From Amphiscolops sp. MND2022 (lineage: Eukaryota), in contig OZ076409.1 in NCBI GenBank assembly GCA_964187785.1, positions 90,088,001 through 90,152,000 on the forward strand: DNA of 64,000 bases, written 5' to 3'. The notes under the pieces were generated by a model that saw nothing but the letters and a program-made list of their open reading frames with translations, did no database searches and had not been told where the DNA came from. A program made the translations under genes and the position numbers. Within the stretch, counting starts at the first letter, position 1. Every line of letters starts with the position of its first letter. Positions 49,501 to 61,399 of the stretch are shown piece after piece.

Positions 49501-51711
49501 GAGCTGTCACTGACTGTGTTTGTTGTTGATGTGGCAAACGTGGAGCCTTTGGCTTTTCCTTGTAGTTCGACTTCGCGCAATCAGCATTCGGGTTTGAAGA
49601 CAAAAGCAATTCGTCTTGAACATCTGCTATATCATTGAACCATTCACTGAACACAGCGAGTCCAGGTTGATACAGGTTCATTTGCTTGACATAAGTGAGC
49701 CACTTCGTTTTCATGTCCAGTGTTAACTTCCTTGTGGCACTGCCCAGGACTCCTTCTGAGTTTAATTCTCCCACGTAGTTGAATTGTGTCAGAACGTTCA
49801 ATCATTTCGACACTATTCTCGCAAACTTGATAGATGCGGCTCCATCATAAGGTTTCATAGGAGGAAAAGAATAGATTCGTTTCAGCTGGGCGTTCACAAC
49901 CATTTGAGGTTTTCCAAAGTTTCAAACTAGAACGTTCCACGCCACATTGTACATTTCAGCGGTGTACCCAAGGCCAGCAATCGCTTCTTTGGCTTTGCCC
50001 GTGACCATTGTTTTCAGTTGATTCATCTTCACACTGTCGTCCATGTTTGCTGCGTGGACGATTGCTTGAAACAGTTGTGACCACTCTGGCCACTCCAATG
50101 GGTCACCTGAAAATTCTGCCAACTTCAGTTTTGGCAAGCTAGATCTAATGTAGTAGTCATCTCTTACGTTCGACCCCGTGTTTGGCCCTTGACTTGGCGA
50201 ATACTGCTTCTGTGTGGTCGCAAGCTGTGGTACTTGAAATGCACCACTCGGGATGCCTCCAAACGTAGGTGGTAACCGATTCTGGTCTGCACTGAGAGTC
50301 ATCGACGGCTTCGATGAGGCGAATTTCACTTCTGGTTGTGCTGTTGCTCTTTGACTGCCAACATCTATGACAGTCTTTGTTCTGTCCTTTCCAATATCTC
50401 GCTCAGCGGTCTCTGTGGACATGACCGGTTTCAATGAGGACTTCAAATCCCTCACTTGCGCGGAGCCTTGTCCTCAATGAGTTGATCGTACTGTAATCAC
50501 TGGTGCTGAGATGGACGTTTGCTTGTAACCTGGTGGCACGTTAATCGACGATGCCACACTTTTAGCTTCTTCTGTCTTGTCCATCCATCCTGAAACTTTC
50601 GTCAGATTGTCGTCTGGAGTCCCGACTGGTGAGATTCTTCGGAAGCTAGACCCACAAATACTCGAAATTTTTGCCATCTCTATTTCCTTTTCAGCAATTT
50701 TGGCCCTGAGGGCCACCTCTTCTTGCAAGTCTGCTATCTCCTTTTCTTTCGCTTCTCTTTCCAGTTGTTTTGCTTCTCGTTCTAGTTTCTCCAGGCGCTT
50801 TTGCAGTTTTTCGTGCTCTTTCAGAGCTTTCAGCTCCAAATGCATAACTGGTCTTGCACTTGATGTTTTTGAAATCACAGACGTTTTGTTACTTTTGGTT
50901 TTGTCACCTTGCGAATGTATGCTCAATTCTTCAATTTGCAGCAATCTAGCTCTCTTTCTTGGATCTTGGCTGTCATCTGCGCTCTGGCCATCGAGTTCTT
51001 TTTGCTCGTCGTCTGGTTCCGGTTTCTTTTGTGGTGAAGTGCCATTTTTACTTGATTTGTCTGCGGCTACGCTTGCGCGAACGTCTGCTAGTCTTTGTTC
51101 GGCGTCCTCAAGGCTTCGCAAGATGGCTCCAGCTTCTCCTGATTTCAGGAGAGCTTCAAGTTTCAGTTTGATGTCAGACCTCTCTTGAAGCAATTCTTGA
51201 CATGCTGCTGCATAATCTGCTTCGGCGTCCTCGCCGTTTTCAATTCGTTTACCGCACAACTTTTCGTTTTGTACGATTTTTTCATCAATAGCACGTTTCT
51301 TTTCTTCAAGATCCAGGTAGTTCAGTATCTGATTTTCATTTTGCAATGCTGACATCAGTATTATCATCTTTCCATTTCCATAGTTTTTTGCTGCAACTCA
51401 ACAAATCGACTCTTTCTTTCTTTGTTCACTGTTGAGAATATTTCGTGTATCTGCGGTTGATACTTGATTTTTATTGCATTTTCGACTGCCTTGATGAGTC
51501 GTTCTCGCCTGTTGATGGCATCTGTTCGTCGTAACAGTAGCTCTGCTATCTGCTTGTCGTCATCATTGCTAGCTAGATTTTCATCAATTACTTTCACGGT
51601 CTTTCCGTGCTCGACAGCTGCATTCCAATAACACCGCGTTTGCAGGTTGTCTGCAGAGTTCTTTAGAAAGTTTTCAACTTTGTTGATATCAAATCGTTTT
51701 GGTTGAGCCAT
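46590..51711 (-). pseudogene. BEL gag, two tandem frameshifted copies (~2.72-kb repeat, junction ~48945)
   Basis: ORF pairs 47197-47730/49922-50455 and 47749-48534/50474-51367 are near-identical; C-x2-C zinc knuckles present. Confidence 0.85.
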
Positions 51712-51737
51712 CTTTTCTCTTCTTTATTGAACTCAGT

Positions 51738-51975
51738 TCCCAGAGTCACAAAAACCCAATCTCCCAGAGACACAGTTGCCCAATCTCCCAGAGTCGCAGT
51801 AGCCCAATCTCCCAGAGACACAGTAGCCCAATTTCCCAGAGACACCGTAGCTCAATCTCCCACAGACACAGTAGCCCAATCTCCCAGAGACACAGTAGCT
51901 CAAACTCCCAGAGACACAGTAGCCCAATCTCCCAGAGACACAGTAGCCCAAACTCCCAAAGACACCGTAGTCAGA
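51738..51975. repeat. 24-bp minisatellite in the BEL 5' UTR (second copy ~53044-53281)
   Basis: About ten units of CCCAGAGACACAGTAGCCCAATCT. Confidence 0.92.
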
Positions 51976-52068
51976 GACTCCAAGATCCAGACACTTGTTC
52001 TTCTTGGGCAATCTTCTCTGTTGTCCACCAAAGAGTCGTCTTCTTCTAGTCCGGGTCGGCGGACCAAA

Positions 52069-52925
52069 TGTAACGGCTGCTTGCCCTTATCCTGCGCTGA
52101 GGCTTGACAAGCTTTACGCCGCCCTGATCCGTTGCTTAGTGCTGTGGACCGTCACTAAACAATTCCTGGTTTCTTGTTTTAAAGGACTGTATCTTTGACT
52201 GGTGGGTCCGATGTGACCCGTGGAATCTACTGCGATTCCGCTTTGTACTGAATTGGATCCGATGTGATCCATAACACACTTCCCTCACAGTATCTTCACG
52301 TGCTCCGGCTCTCGAACTATGAGAGTAGCTACTTAGTCGCTCTAACTCTAGCGAAAAGCTGTGAAGATTGAGAAGTTGATTAATAAGTCTCGCGGTCCTG
52401 AGACCCAACTTGACTATAGCTATACAGTGGAAAAAGTCTCTATCTAATAATGGTTTAAATGTGGTTTACAATTCTACAGTAAATATAAGCAAATATTAGT
52501 TGAAATATGCGGTATAAATAAATGACATTTAAAGCATAAAATGAAGTTATTGGCTAAGTAAATAAACTATGTGATGGTTTTGGAATTATGGTCAGGTGGG
52601 TTAGAAAGTATGTTTACACAAGGTAAATACAATAAATGTCAAAGGAGTTACATTTCTTTCAAGGTCAAATGAGAAATAACATAATTGTTAGTACATCAAA
52701 ATTGGGTTTTCATGGGGTCCGACCTAGGTCACTTTGGGTTTCAATTGCTCGGAACCCAGGGGAGATACGAGGTAGAGTGTTTCGAGTGAAAAGTTGAGTT
52801 AGCACGTCTGGTTTATACATGCGAAGTTTCATGGTCATTGGACAAGTGCTTTTCTGAAAGGGGGGTGGTGTTTTTTGGGGATGCCCTATTTCTGGTGATA
52901 CTTGTAAATTTTCCAACTAGAATCT
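52069..52925 (-). repeat. Internal (third) BEL LTR, truncated, with its own PBS
   Basis: TGTAACGGCTGC start; adjacent PBS TGGTCCGCCGACCCGGA; diverges from the other LTRs over ~52805-52925. Confidence 0.9.
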
Positions 52926-53355
52926 TGATTCCAATAACACCGCGTTTGCAGGTTGTCTGCAGAGTTCTTTAGAAAGTTTTCAACTTTGTTGATATCAAAT
53001 CGTTTTGGTTGAGCCATCTCTTCTCTTCTTTATTGAACTCAGTTCCCAGAGTCACAAAAACCCAATCTCCCAGAGACACAGTTGCCCAATCTCCCAGAGT
53101 CGCAGTAGCCCAATCTCCCAGAGACACAGTAGCCCAATTTCCCAGAGACACCGTAGCTCAATCTCCCACAGACACAGTAGCCCAATCTCCCAGAGACACA
53201 GTAGCTCAAACTCCCAGAGACACAGTAGCCCAATCTCCCAGAGACACAGTAGCCCAAACTCCCAAAGACACCGTAGTCAGAGACTCCAAGATCCAGACAC
53301 TTGTTCTTCTTGGGCAATCTTTTCTGTTGTTCACCAAAGAGTCGTCTTCTTCTAG

Positions 53356-53372
53356 TCCGGGTCGGCGGACCA
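53356..53372 (-). promoter_or_regulatory. Primer-binding site (tRNA-Tyr-like)
   Basis: TGGTCCGCCGACCCGGA two nt inside the LTR; similar to the BEL-type TGGTCCTTCGAGCCGGA PBS. Confidence 0.7.
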
Positions 53373-53374
53373 AA

Positions 53375-54317
53375 TGTAACGGCTGCTTGCCCTTATCCTG
53401 CGCTGAGGCTTGACAAGCTTTACGCCGCCCTGATCCGTTGCTTAGTGCTGTGGACCGTCACTAAACAATTCCTGGTTTCTTGTTTTAAAGGAATGTATCT
53501 TTGACTGGTGGGTCCGATGTGACCCGTGGAATCTACTGCGATTCCGCTTTGTACTGAATTGGATCCGATGTGATCCGTAACACACTTCCCTCACAGTATC
53601 TTCACGTGCTCCGGCTCTCGAACTATGAGAGTAGCTACTTAGTCGCTCTAACTCTAGCGAAAAGCTGTGAAGATTGAGAAGTTGATTAATAAGTCTCGCG
53701 GTCCTGAGACCCAACTTGACTATAGCTATACAGTGGAAAAAGTCTATCTAATAATGGTTTAAATGTGGTTTACAATTCTACAGTAAATATAAGCAAATAT
53801 TAGTTGAAATATGCGGTATAAATAAATGACATTTAAAGCATAAAATGAAGTTATTGGCTAAGTAAATAAACTATGTGATGGTTTTGGAATTATGGTCAGG
53901 TGGGTTAGAAAGTATGTTTACACAATGTAAATACAATAAATGTCAAAGGAGTTACATTTCTTTCAAGGTCAAATGAGAAATAACATAATTGTTAGTACAT
54001 CAAAATTGGGTTTTCATGGGGTCCGACCTAGGTCACTTTGGGTTTCAATTGCTCGGAACCCAGGGGAGATACGAGGTAGAGTGTTTCGAGTGAAAAGTTG
54101 AGTTAGCACCTCTAGTATATGCATGCTAAGTTTCAGGGTCATTGGACAAGTGCTTCTTAAAAAGGGGGGTGGCCCTTTTTTACACACGGCTAATTTTGCT
54201 GAAAGTTGCAATTTTCCAACGAAACTCTTGTTCAACTTTCTAAGAGTTTTGAGTTCTAAGTTTCATCAGTCACGTTCGAACTTGAGTTTCTGAGCTCGCA
54301 ATTGACTGGCGCCAACA
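53375..54317 (-). repeat. BEL 5' LTR
   Basis: TGTAAC...GCCAACA, followed by TSD ACAAC. Confidence 0.92.
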
Positions 54318-54322
54318 ACAAC

Positions 54323-55190
54323 CACCACAGTGAAGCAAACCGTATTTGAAACAAAACATTGAATTGATAAATTGAAATATAAATGGAATTGTTTCACCGG
54401 GTTGTGATGGTTCTTTCAGCGCAAATGAGCAACAAACCAAAAAACAGCGTCAGAGATGATGTCCAGTTGTCCTAATATCAAATTATTGCTTTCTCTGAAG
54501 CTATCGAACAAACCCATCACAACAATCAGGCTCCATCAATCTTGAAAAAAGTAGGCCATTCGTCTGCACCAACATTGATATGGCAAAAACAATTGATATC
54601 TGTGGGGTCCGGAACAGAATAAGTTTCTCTCTGCAAATGTTTGAGCTTGAGGGCCGCCCAGGTGTCGACAGTGAAATCTGCAATCTTGTCGTCCCCTACT
54701 GCCACTCTGATTCCTGCCTCAAAATTACCCTCGTCTAATTCAGGGCAAATGGACAGCAGTCGTCGATCTAACTCGTTTTTTGTTGCGGTTTTCTGTCGCG
54801 TTCCGGTTTTTTCTCAATAACACCATCCCGAATACACTTGTTGATAATTGCACTGAGTCATCTCGAAACCTTACCAATTCCCGGAATACCACATTTGGGT
54901 GTGTGCCAATCTCCCCAAAAACAACTACCACAGTGAAGAAATCAGTATATGAAACAAAACCTTTAATTGATAAAATGAAACATAAATGGAATTGTTTCAC
55001 CGAGTTGTGATGGTTTTTTCAGTTCAAGTGCACCAACAAACCAACAAAACAGCGTCAGAGATGTTGTCCAGTTGCCTCAAATTCAAACTAATGCCATCTC
55101 TGAAGCAATCCAACAAGCCCATCGCAACAATTAGCCTCCATACATTATGAAAAAAGTAGCTCGTGCATCTGCACAAATATTGGTAGCGGC
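54323..55190 (-). mobile_element. CRE 5' region fragments, tandemly duplicated
   Basis: 54600-55190 repeats 43390-43722 plus 54323-54590 and shows the empty BEL site CCCCAAAAACAACTACCACAG. Confidence 0.75.
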
Positions 55191-55224
55191 AAACATTTCT
55201 GTAGCCTCGGAGACCATAACTAAG

Positions 55225-55697
55225 GTCTAAGGATCAAAATTTACACAAATTTCGTAACTAATATCTAACGAATTAGGATCTAGAAAGCATGCACTGTAAC
55301 TATGGTCTATACGGCGAATCACATATTTAATCGGCCATCAAAACAAAAAAAGGAAATTCATTCCATATGCATTTTCTTAAAGCGAAATTATCTTGCGGGG
55401 CATATGCTGTGTATGCACGCTTACCCCCATCGTTGCAAGACACCTCCCACTACGATCGCTTCGCGATGTCCGTTCCTCGCTTGGCACGATGGGAACTTAA
55501 GCGGCCCCAAGGGTCCGCGGGGGTACTAGAGAAAATGGGGACATATCCGAGGCACCTTTTATTGTTGTTATCCCTTCACAGTTAGTTATCATTCAGGCGC
55601 TGACATTCTCTAGACCTTCGTTACGGAAAATGACATTTGAATCTTAGTTCGTAGGATCTTAGTTACAGAAGTGCATGTCGATTTTATTCCTTAGATG
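55225..55697. mobile_element. MITE (CTAAGGA..AAAAT termini) carrying cassette 1
   Basis: CTAAGGATCAAAAT and ATTTTATTCCTTAG inverted ends; cassette at ~55400-55562. Confidence 0.6.
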
Positions 55698-55704
55698 GTA
55701 AATT

Positions 55705-58700
55705 GTTCCCTAAGTAGTCGCAAACTGTTTGCATAACAAGTCTGTTTGTTGCACATTATCCATTTCACTGCTTTCTTTAAGAGCATCTCAAGAGTGTTCA
55801 TGGTGGCTTTTGATTCCTTGGCCCAAAGAAGTCCATAGGTCACATTTTTATAGCAACCACTAAATTGATTATTACGTCTCGACAAAATGCTCAAAAATTG
55901 CAGCATCAGCGTAGTGGTCAGAACGTCAGGTCGCGACTTGGAAAGAAAGGTTCAAATCCTATCAACTCTAAATCTTTGTATCAGTGTCTAGATAGTTTAG
56001 CGGGTTGCTATATTAAGAAGAACCACAAGTCACTTGGCTTGAAGTCATTTGGTTTAATTTTGCCGTCGGGTCATTCGTCTTCAAATTTTCAGATCAGATG
56101 ACATAAATTAGGCCAATTCTAACTGAATCTATGGCTAAAAATAACCTATTAAAGACCGAAACTGAATTAAAGTTTACCGAACTGTCTCAGAAAGGGAAGT
56201 AAAAACTCATATGAAGCATATTTTTTCAGCATATTTGTTTTATTTGGAAATATTGAGGCACAGCCATATTGCACGTCGCTCGGTTTCGCTTAGCTCCTGC
56301 TTTCAGGGCACTAGGGGTATGAAAACATAGCTGACTACGCTTTTTTAAAATTTTTTACAATTTCTGACAAGCGTTTTTGACATAGTGAGTTTAAGCCAAA
56401 TGACTTTAAGCCAAACGACTAAGTACCATAGGGAGTACTGGCGACTTGTACAGGCACAGCTTAATAACGTTTGTAACACTGTACACGATGTTGCGCCTGA
56501 GGGAGAAAAAAAATTTTAGCTTTTTTCAACCTTCTGCTAGCATAAGTGGACCAGTTGGGATCGTTTTCGACGGCAATACGTAGGTCTTCAACTTCTTCTG
56601 GGCCCTCAAAATTAATTCTACTTACGTTAAAATGATAATTTGTACTGCTGAACTCAAGCTTGAAACATTTTTCTGGAGGCAGACTTATTCATTTATTAAT
56701 GTCAACCCAGTTCGTCATAGTTTTTATGACAGATTGTATCTGCTCTTGTGTCGTCGCAGCAGCTAATGTTTTTGTATCATCTGCACATATGTGGGGATAC
56801 TTAAATCTCAGTGACTCGGAAGGTGTGCGATATAGTGATCCAAGCTCTAACGTGCTGTGTTCGCCGTTCCAACTAGTAACAAAGAATGTAAAGAAAACAG
56901 CCTCCTACGCTGACTGCACTCCTTTTCTTTAGCAGCTCATAATGCGGTTCTCGGTCATACCCTTCCGCAAATTCGGTGTGAAAAGCAACTGTGTTTCGTG
57001 TATGTCTTTCAGCACGTCTGATTGAACTGACTTTACACGACAAATCCGTGCTGGTTTCTGGAGAAAGGAAGAAAACTCTGTCGTCAATATTCAGAAGCGA
57101 CACTGGTCTGCAGTTCTTCACTATTTGTTTGTCGCCTTTCCGGAAAAAAGGCTCGATAGTAGCATCTTTCCAAGATCTAGTTAAGTTTCGTCACTGAACT
57201 TTCTTGAGGACTTTGTTCAGGGTAGTACTTATTACAACAGCTCTTTTTTGGAAAGTACTGGGGGAAACTTGTTAGGGCTTCTTGACCAGGTGATGTTTTT
57301 GTCTGTTAAAAAACTTCAAATTTCGGACCTTCCAATGTAAAAATTTGACATAACGGATCTTTGGTATCGAATGCCGTGTAGTGTGAATGTTATTTCTGGG
57401 GAGTCAACGGAATGAAAGAAGTTATTGGAGGAACAAGTTACTACGTTTTGTAAACGACTGATCTCATCGCCTTTGTAGAATATTTTAGGAAAGTAGTTCG
57501 CTCTTGTGAGATATTTCGAGTGCTGGAAAAAATACTCAGAATTGCGTGAGCTGAAAAATTCTTCTTGATAATTCAGAGGATCGACCTCGCGTAACTTCGA
57601 TTCTTTTCAAAGATGGGTTTCTGTTTGTAGTGCGAACATTCAAGTCCAATTTTCACTGCTGTATAAGTTGTGATGTTGTAGACTTTCGTGAAATGGTCAC
57701 ATTTTGGGCCACGATTTTGCATTTCCTCCGAAATACCAAGTCGATGGTGTTGTTTGCCCAAGTCGGAAAGTCAACTACTCATCGAAGCATGTGGTGATCC
57801 TATTACTCAATGACACTTTGATCGTAGTCCGTCGGAGCTGTATAACGCGTTCCAATCAACTGTAGGCAGGTTCATGTACCCACAGACATTTAGTGGAATT
57901 GTTTTTGCTAAAGAGTATATGTTTAAAGTTTGCAATTTCAAATCGGTATTTACTGTCGTCCGGTGGGATGTACAGAGTACAGACAACAATCTCAAGTTTG
58001 TTAAGAGCTATTGAACAGGCTACACAGCCTTCAAGTAACACAGTGTCTAGCTGTTTGGAAACGAGAGTGCCTTTCACGGCGAAAAGAGAACCTCCAAGAG
58101 TAGAGTATTTTAGACGGTCTGGTCTGTTTTCTGGGGAATGTTTGTACTTTTCCAGTTGTAGTTCAGGGTCTGAAACAATGCCATCCAAAGTATATTCATG
58201 TGGGAAGTTTTTCTTCTTTCTGCTTTCCAAAAGCTACGAGTCTTTAGTAACAACATGTTTATATAGAATCCTCAGTTTTTCGCTTTCATCAATCAGTAGG
58301 ACTTTCTTTCCGTCGTTAATGATTTCAGAGTTCCGTATTTTCAGTTTCTCAAATGATACACGGTTGCTCAGCAGCTCCCTCCGCTTCTTCAAACAAAGAT
58401 ATTTTCTCATGGCATCTTCTCTTGACACGATAAGCATCAAAAAAATTCCGTCATTGGAGTTCAGTATGTTTCCCATAACTTTGTGCTAGCACCAAGCTTT
58501 CTTCGTGTTCCGTGTTGAAGGTAACAAGGACAGCTCTGGATTTGGTTGTTTTTGTCAAATTTTCAGTAATGTCTTCTCATCTTTTGACTTTTGTGTCAAC
58601 GCTTTTTTTGACAAGTATTTCGTAATTCGTTTAGGTGGTTTGGACCCGGTTATCGTATTTCCTTTTATCGAAATCCTCAGGGATCACGTGAGTTCTCAAA

Positions 58701-59884
58701 TTCTGACCACAACATCCCATAAAGTTTGAGAACTCACGGGATCCCTGAGGATCTCGATAAAAAGAAATACGATAACCTGAACCGAACCACTTAAATTAAT
58801 TACGAAATACTTGTCAAAAAAAGCGTTGACACAAAAGTCAAAAATTGAGAAGACTTTGTAAGTTTGACAAACACACCCTAGCCGGAACCAGACCAGAAAC
58901 AAATGCTGACCGCAACATCTCATCAAGTTTGTTTCTGGTCTGGTTCCGGCTAAGGTCTCCTCGTAGAAACTGTTCCATTGTTTCTTGTCGCTATTTCGCT
59001 GTAGTTGTTTTGGATTTCTCTACAGGACACTTTCAGGACTTTGTTTTCATTTTCGAGACTTCGAATTGATCGTTCGTTTTGTGTAGTATCCATTTTTAAA
59101 TGATGTGATCTCGGTCATTGTTTCATAGTAACATGCATTTCGTCTCGACCTCTTCTATTCCATTTATGGCTTCGAGTGGCCAGTACACGAAGGTTCAAGA
59201 TGCATGAAACAGTTGCGTTCAATTCGTTAAAAGTTCTCACCTTTTGGTTGATCTTGCGATTGCAAGTTTTACAGCTTTTGTTCATTTTTGCAATCTTTTT
59301 GGCTTCGGCACACCGATTTGAATGAGTGACCCAAATTAACAGCTACAATATCAAACAACCTTGAAAACTGGACTCATTGGCTATCTTGTTTGTTCTTCCG
59401 AGATCACCGTCTCTAAGATGATGGTTTTTTTTCTTTTGCTCTTTGATGATTTCGTCTCTTGGCAGTTATGTTTTCTGATGATGCTCAATAATATAATTCC
59501 AAAAGAGGTTTCTTGATGAAGAACCTCGTTTTTCGCTAATAGTATTCTTTCCAGAAACAATAGACAGCACCTTTACATTTTTCGAGTTTCGTAATCAGTT
59601 TCGTCAGTTCTCTTTAACTAGTGGGCATTGATTGTTGGAATTGAGGGGCAAAATGGAGTTGTTCACTACGTCGTGTCACAATAGAAACTTTTCGTTGAAT
59701 GGAAAAAGAATGTTTCGAACCAGATATTGTACAAGTTTCTGGGTTTGCTGCAATCACTTCTCTTCTGAGACTTTTCTTCATGTTTAACCACTTCTCCAAC
59801 GAATGATGTAACGAGCTTGCTGCAACGACCTGAATGAATGGAACCACCACGGCTGTCAAAATTCAAACTCAATCTGAAACTATT
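55705..59884 (-). mobile_element. Heavily decayed second copy of the three-ORF LINE
   Basis: Remnants of ORF0 (AASSLHHSLEKW), ORF1 (CLKKRREL...KLKIRN), APE (GGSLFAVK) and RT (RPVSLL, PHYELLKK, KKAVKWIM). Contains a MITE at ~56025-56428. Confidence 0.9.
56025..56428. mobile_element. MITE (TTGGCTT.AAGTCATTTGG arms) carrying cassette 2
   Basis: Inverted CCAAATGACTTTAAGCCAA on the right; cassette 56255-56342 matches 37068-37155. Confidence 0.6.
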
Positions 59885-59892
59885 CAAAAAAC

Positions 59893-60365
59893 TTTGATAT
59901 CATGGATCTTAGTCATCAAATCTGGTGCCATGTGTTTCATCATGTCGGGGAAGACAACACACGCCCGTGATCTGCAACGAAAGGAGGGAACCCCATAGCA
60001 GCTACTTTCCCAGTAGCAACAAAAAAGAGCAAAAAACGACTCATCCCATCCACTACCCCAGTAGACCTGTAGAACCTTGGTTAAAAAGCTGCGATGATGT
60101 TCAGGTTGGAACGAATCGAAATATGTGAAAAATTTCTTCAAAAGTGTCTTTGTCGCTCAACGTTCCCGGAATACAGATTGCCAATCACGAAGAGCCATAG
60201 GGGCCCGCTATATAAAGAGCTGCCAGCTTGTTGATCGTCGAGCGAACAACGGAGCTTTTTACAGAAATTTTAACTGCCCTCGCCTAATGGAACCTCTACT
60301 TCCATAGCCACCAATTAAAAAATGAATTGTCCATTGTCTATCCATTCGCGATGCTTTTCGATTGG
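59893..60365 (-). mobile_element. CRE 3' fragment (REL C-terminus and 3' UTR)
   Basis: Reverse complement aligns by eye to 39475-39950 (e.g. GACGATCAAC.AGCTGGCAGCT, GAGCGACAAAGA). Confidence 0.82.
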
Positions 60366-60452
60366 TTGACAACGTTTTTGAAATCCCAACAATAATTCAA
60401 AACCTTATCTCATTGCCAAACCTCCCGTATAATTAAGAATCAGCACCGTGTC

Positions 60453-60855
60453 AACACAAATCTTCGTATTTTTCAGTTTAGTACCAGTTTTGAACAAACT
60501 GCAAGATCATCACAATCTGGCATTACTTGATGACATGCTTTAATTTTGGTACCAGTCATGAGTACCTCTATTCGTACTTTGGGACTTTTTGTGTCAATCA
60601 AAACAATTTCCTTTGATATAAACTTGAATTAATTTAGGTTCTTCTGCCTTTCTAATAATAAATGAATATTATATAACACAAATATTCGTATTTTTCAGTT
60701 TAGTACCAGTTATGAACAAACTGCAAGATCATCACAATCTGCCATTTTTTAATGACATGCTTCATTTTTGGTACCAGTCACGTGTATCTCTATTCGTACT
60801 TCTTGGATTTTTCGTGTCGATCAAAACAATTTCCTATGATATAAAATTGAATTAT
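60453..60855. repeat. Two-copy tandem repeat, ~223-bp period
   Basis: ACACAAAT.TTCGTATTTTTCAGTTTAGTACCAG...GAACAAACTGCAAGATCATCACAATCTG at ~60454 and ~60676. Confidence 0.85.
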
Positions 60856-61399
60856 ATTAAAATGATTACTCAAAATCAGCGGACCAATCAGAGAGCAGCG
60901 GCGAAAGTGTCATTATAGCAGCAGTATTGGCGTGGAATCCAGGACAAGCACTGTCGTGGAATCCAAGACACGCTTAACATCAAAGAGAAATTTTGTCCTG
61001 GGTTCCACGACTTTTCTCAATTTTCGTGTCCCGGAATCCACGAAAATAGCAAAACAGCTTGCCTGTGCAATGTAATGACAAATGATGATTATGTGACGCT
61101 TCAACCTCAAAGCGTCCAGTAAAATTATGCTTTCAGAATCAATAAGATGTCAAAGGAGACACTGCGTCTAACATCGCTGGGAACCGAATTCCAAAGTTTC
61201 GCGCCTGAGACATGGACTAAAAATTAGTTTTCTGCGCTTCTAACAAAGTTTCTGCGCTTGCTTTGCCGGCACAGGTTGAATTGTTCCAATCGGTGCTCTC
61301 GTAAGATATCTAAAGTTTCTGGACTTCTTTGGCACAAGAGAGTACAGATGATCACAATTATTTGACTATGTCGCACAATGAAGCCAGCAAAATTTCATA

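Larger units (their letters stand above)
43723..54317 (-). mobile_element. Non-autonomous BEL/Pao LTR retrotransposon with internal duplications and three LTRs
   Basis: 5-bp TSD ACAAC. BEL gag (LPKLKLAEFSGDPLEW, multiple CCHC), protease (ALCDSGAS, AVRTKLGW) and integrase C-terminus (GRV..V..GSDGRVRSA). PBS and PPT present; no RT, RNase H or integrase core. Confidence 0.93.

Noticed and set aside
51361..51370. Programmed stop/start overlap in BEL gag
   Set aside because: Shared by both copies only because they are duplicates; other shared frameshifts indicate decay.
51738..51975. CRISPR-like array
   Set aside because: Head-to-tail repeats with no unique spacers, no cas genes, eukaryotic LTR context.
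51699..52107. Repetitive ORFs (SPRDTVAQ)n and (RHSSPISQ)n, also at 53005-53413
   Set aside because: Translations of the 24-bp minisatellite in the BEL 5' UTR; open in several frames on both strands.
60175..60370. Promoter (CCAAT boxes and TATAAA)
   Set aside because: The sequence is the reverse complement of the CRE REL coding end; the motifs are incidental.
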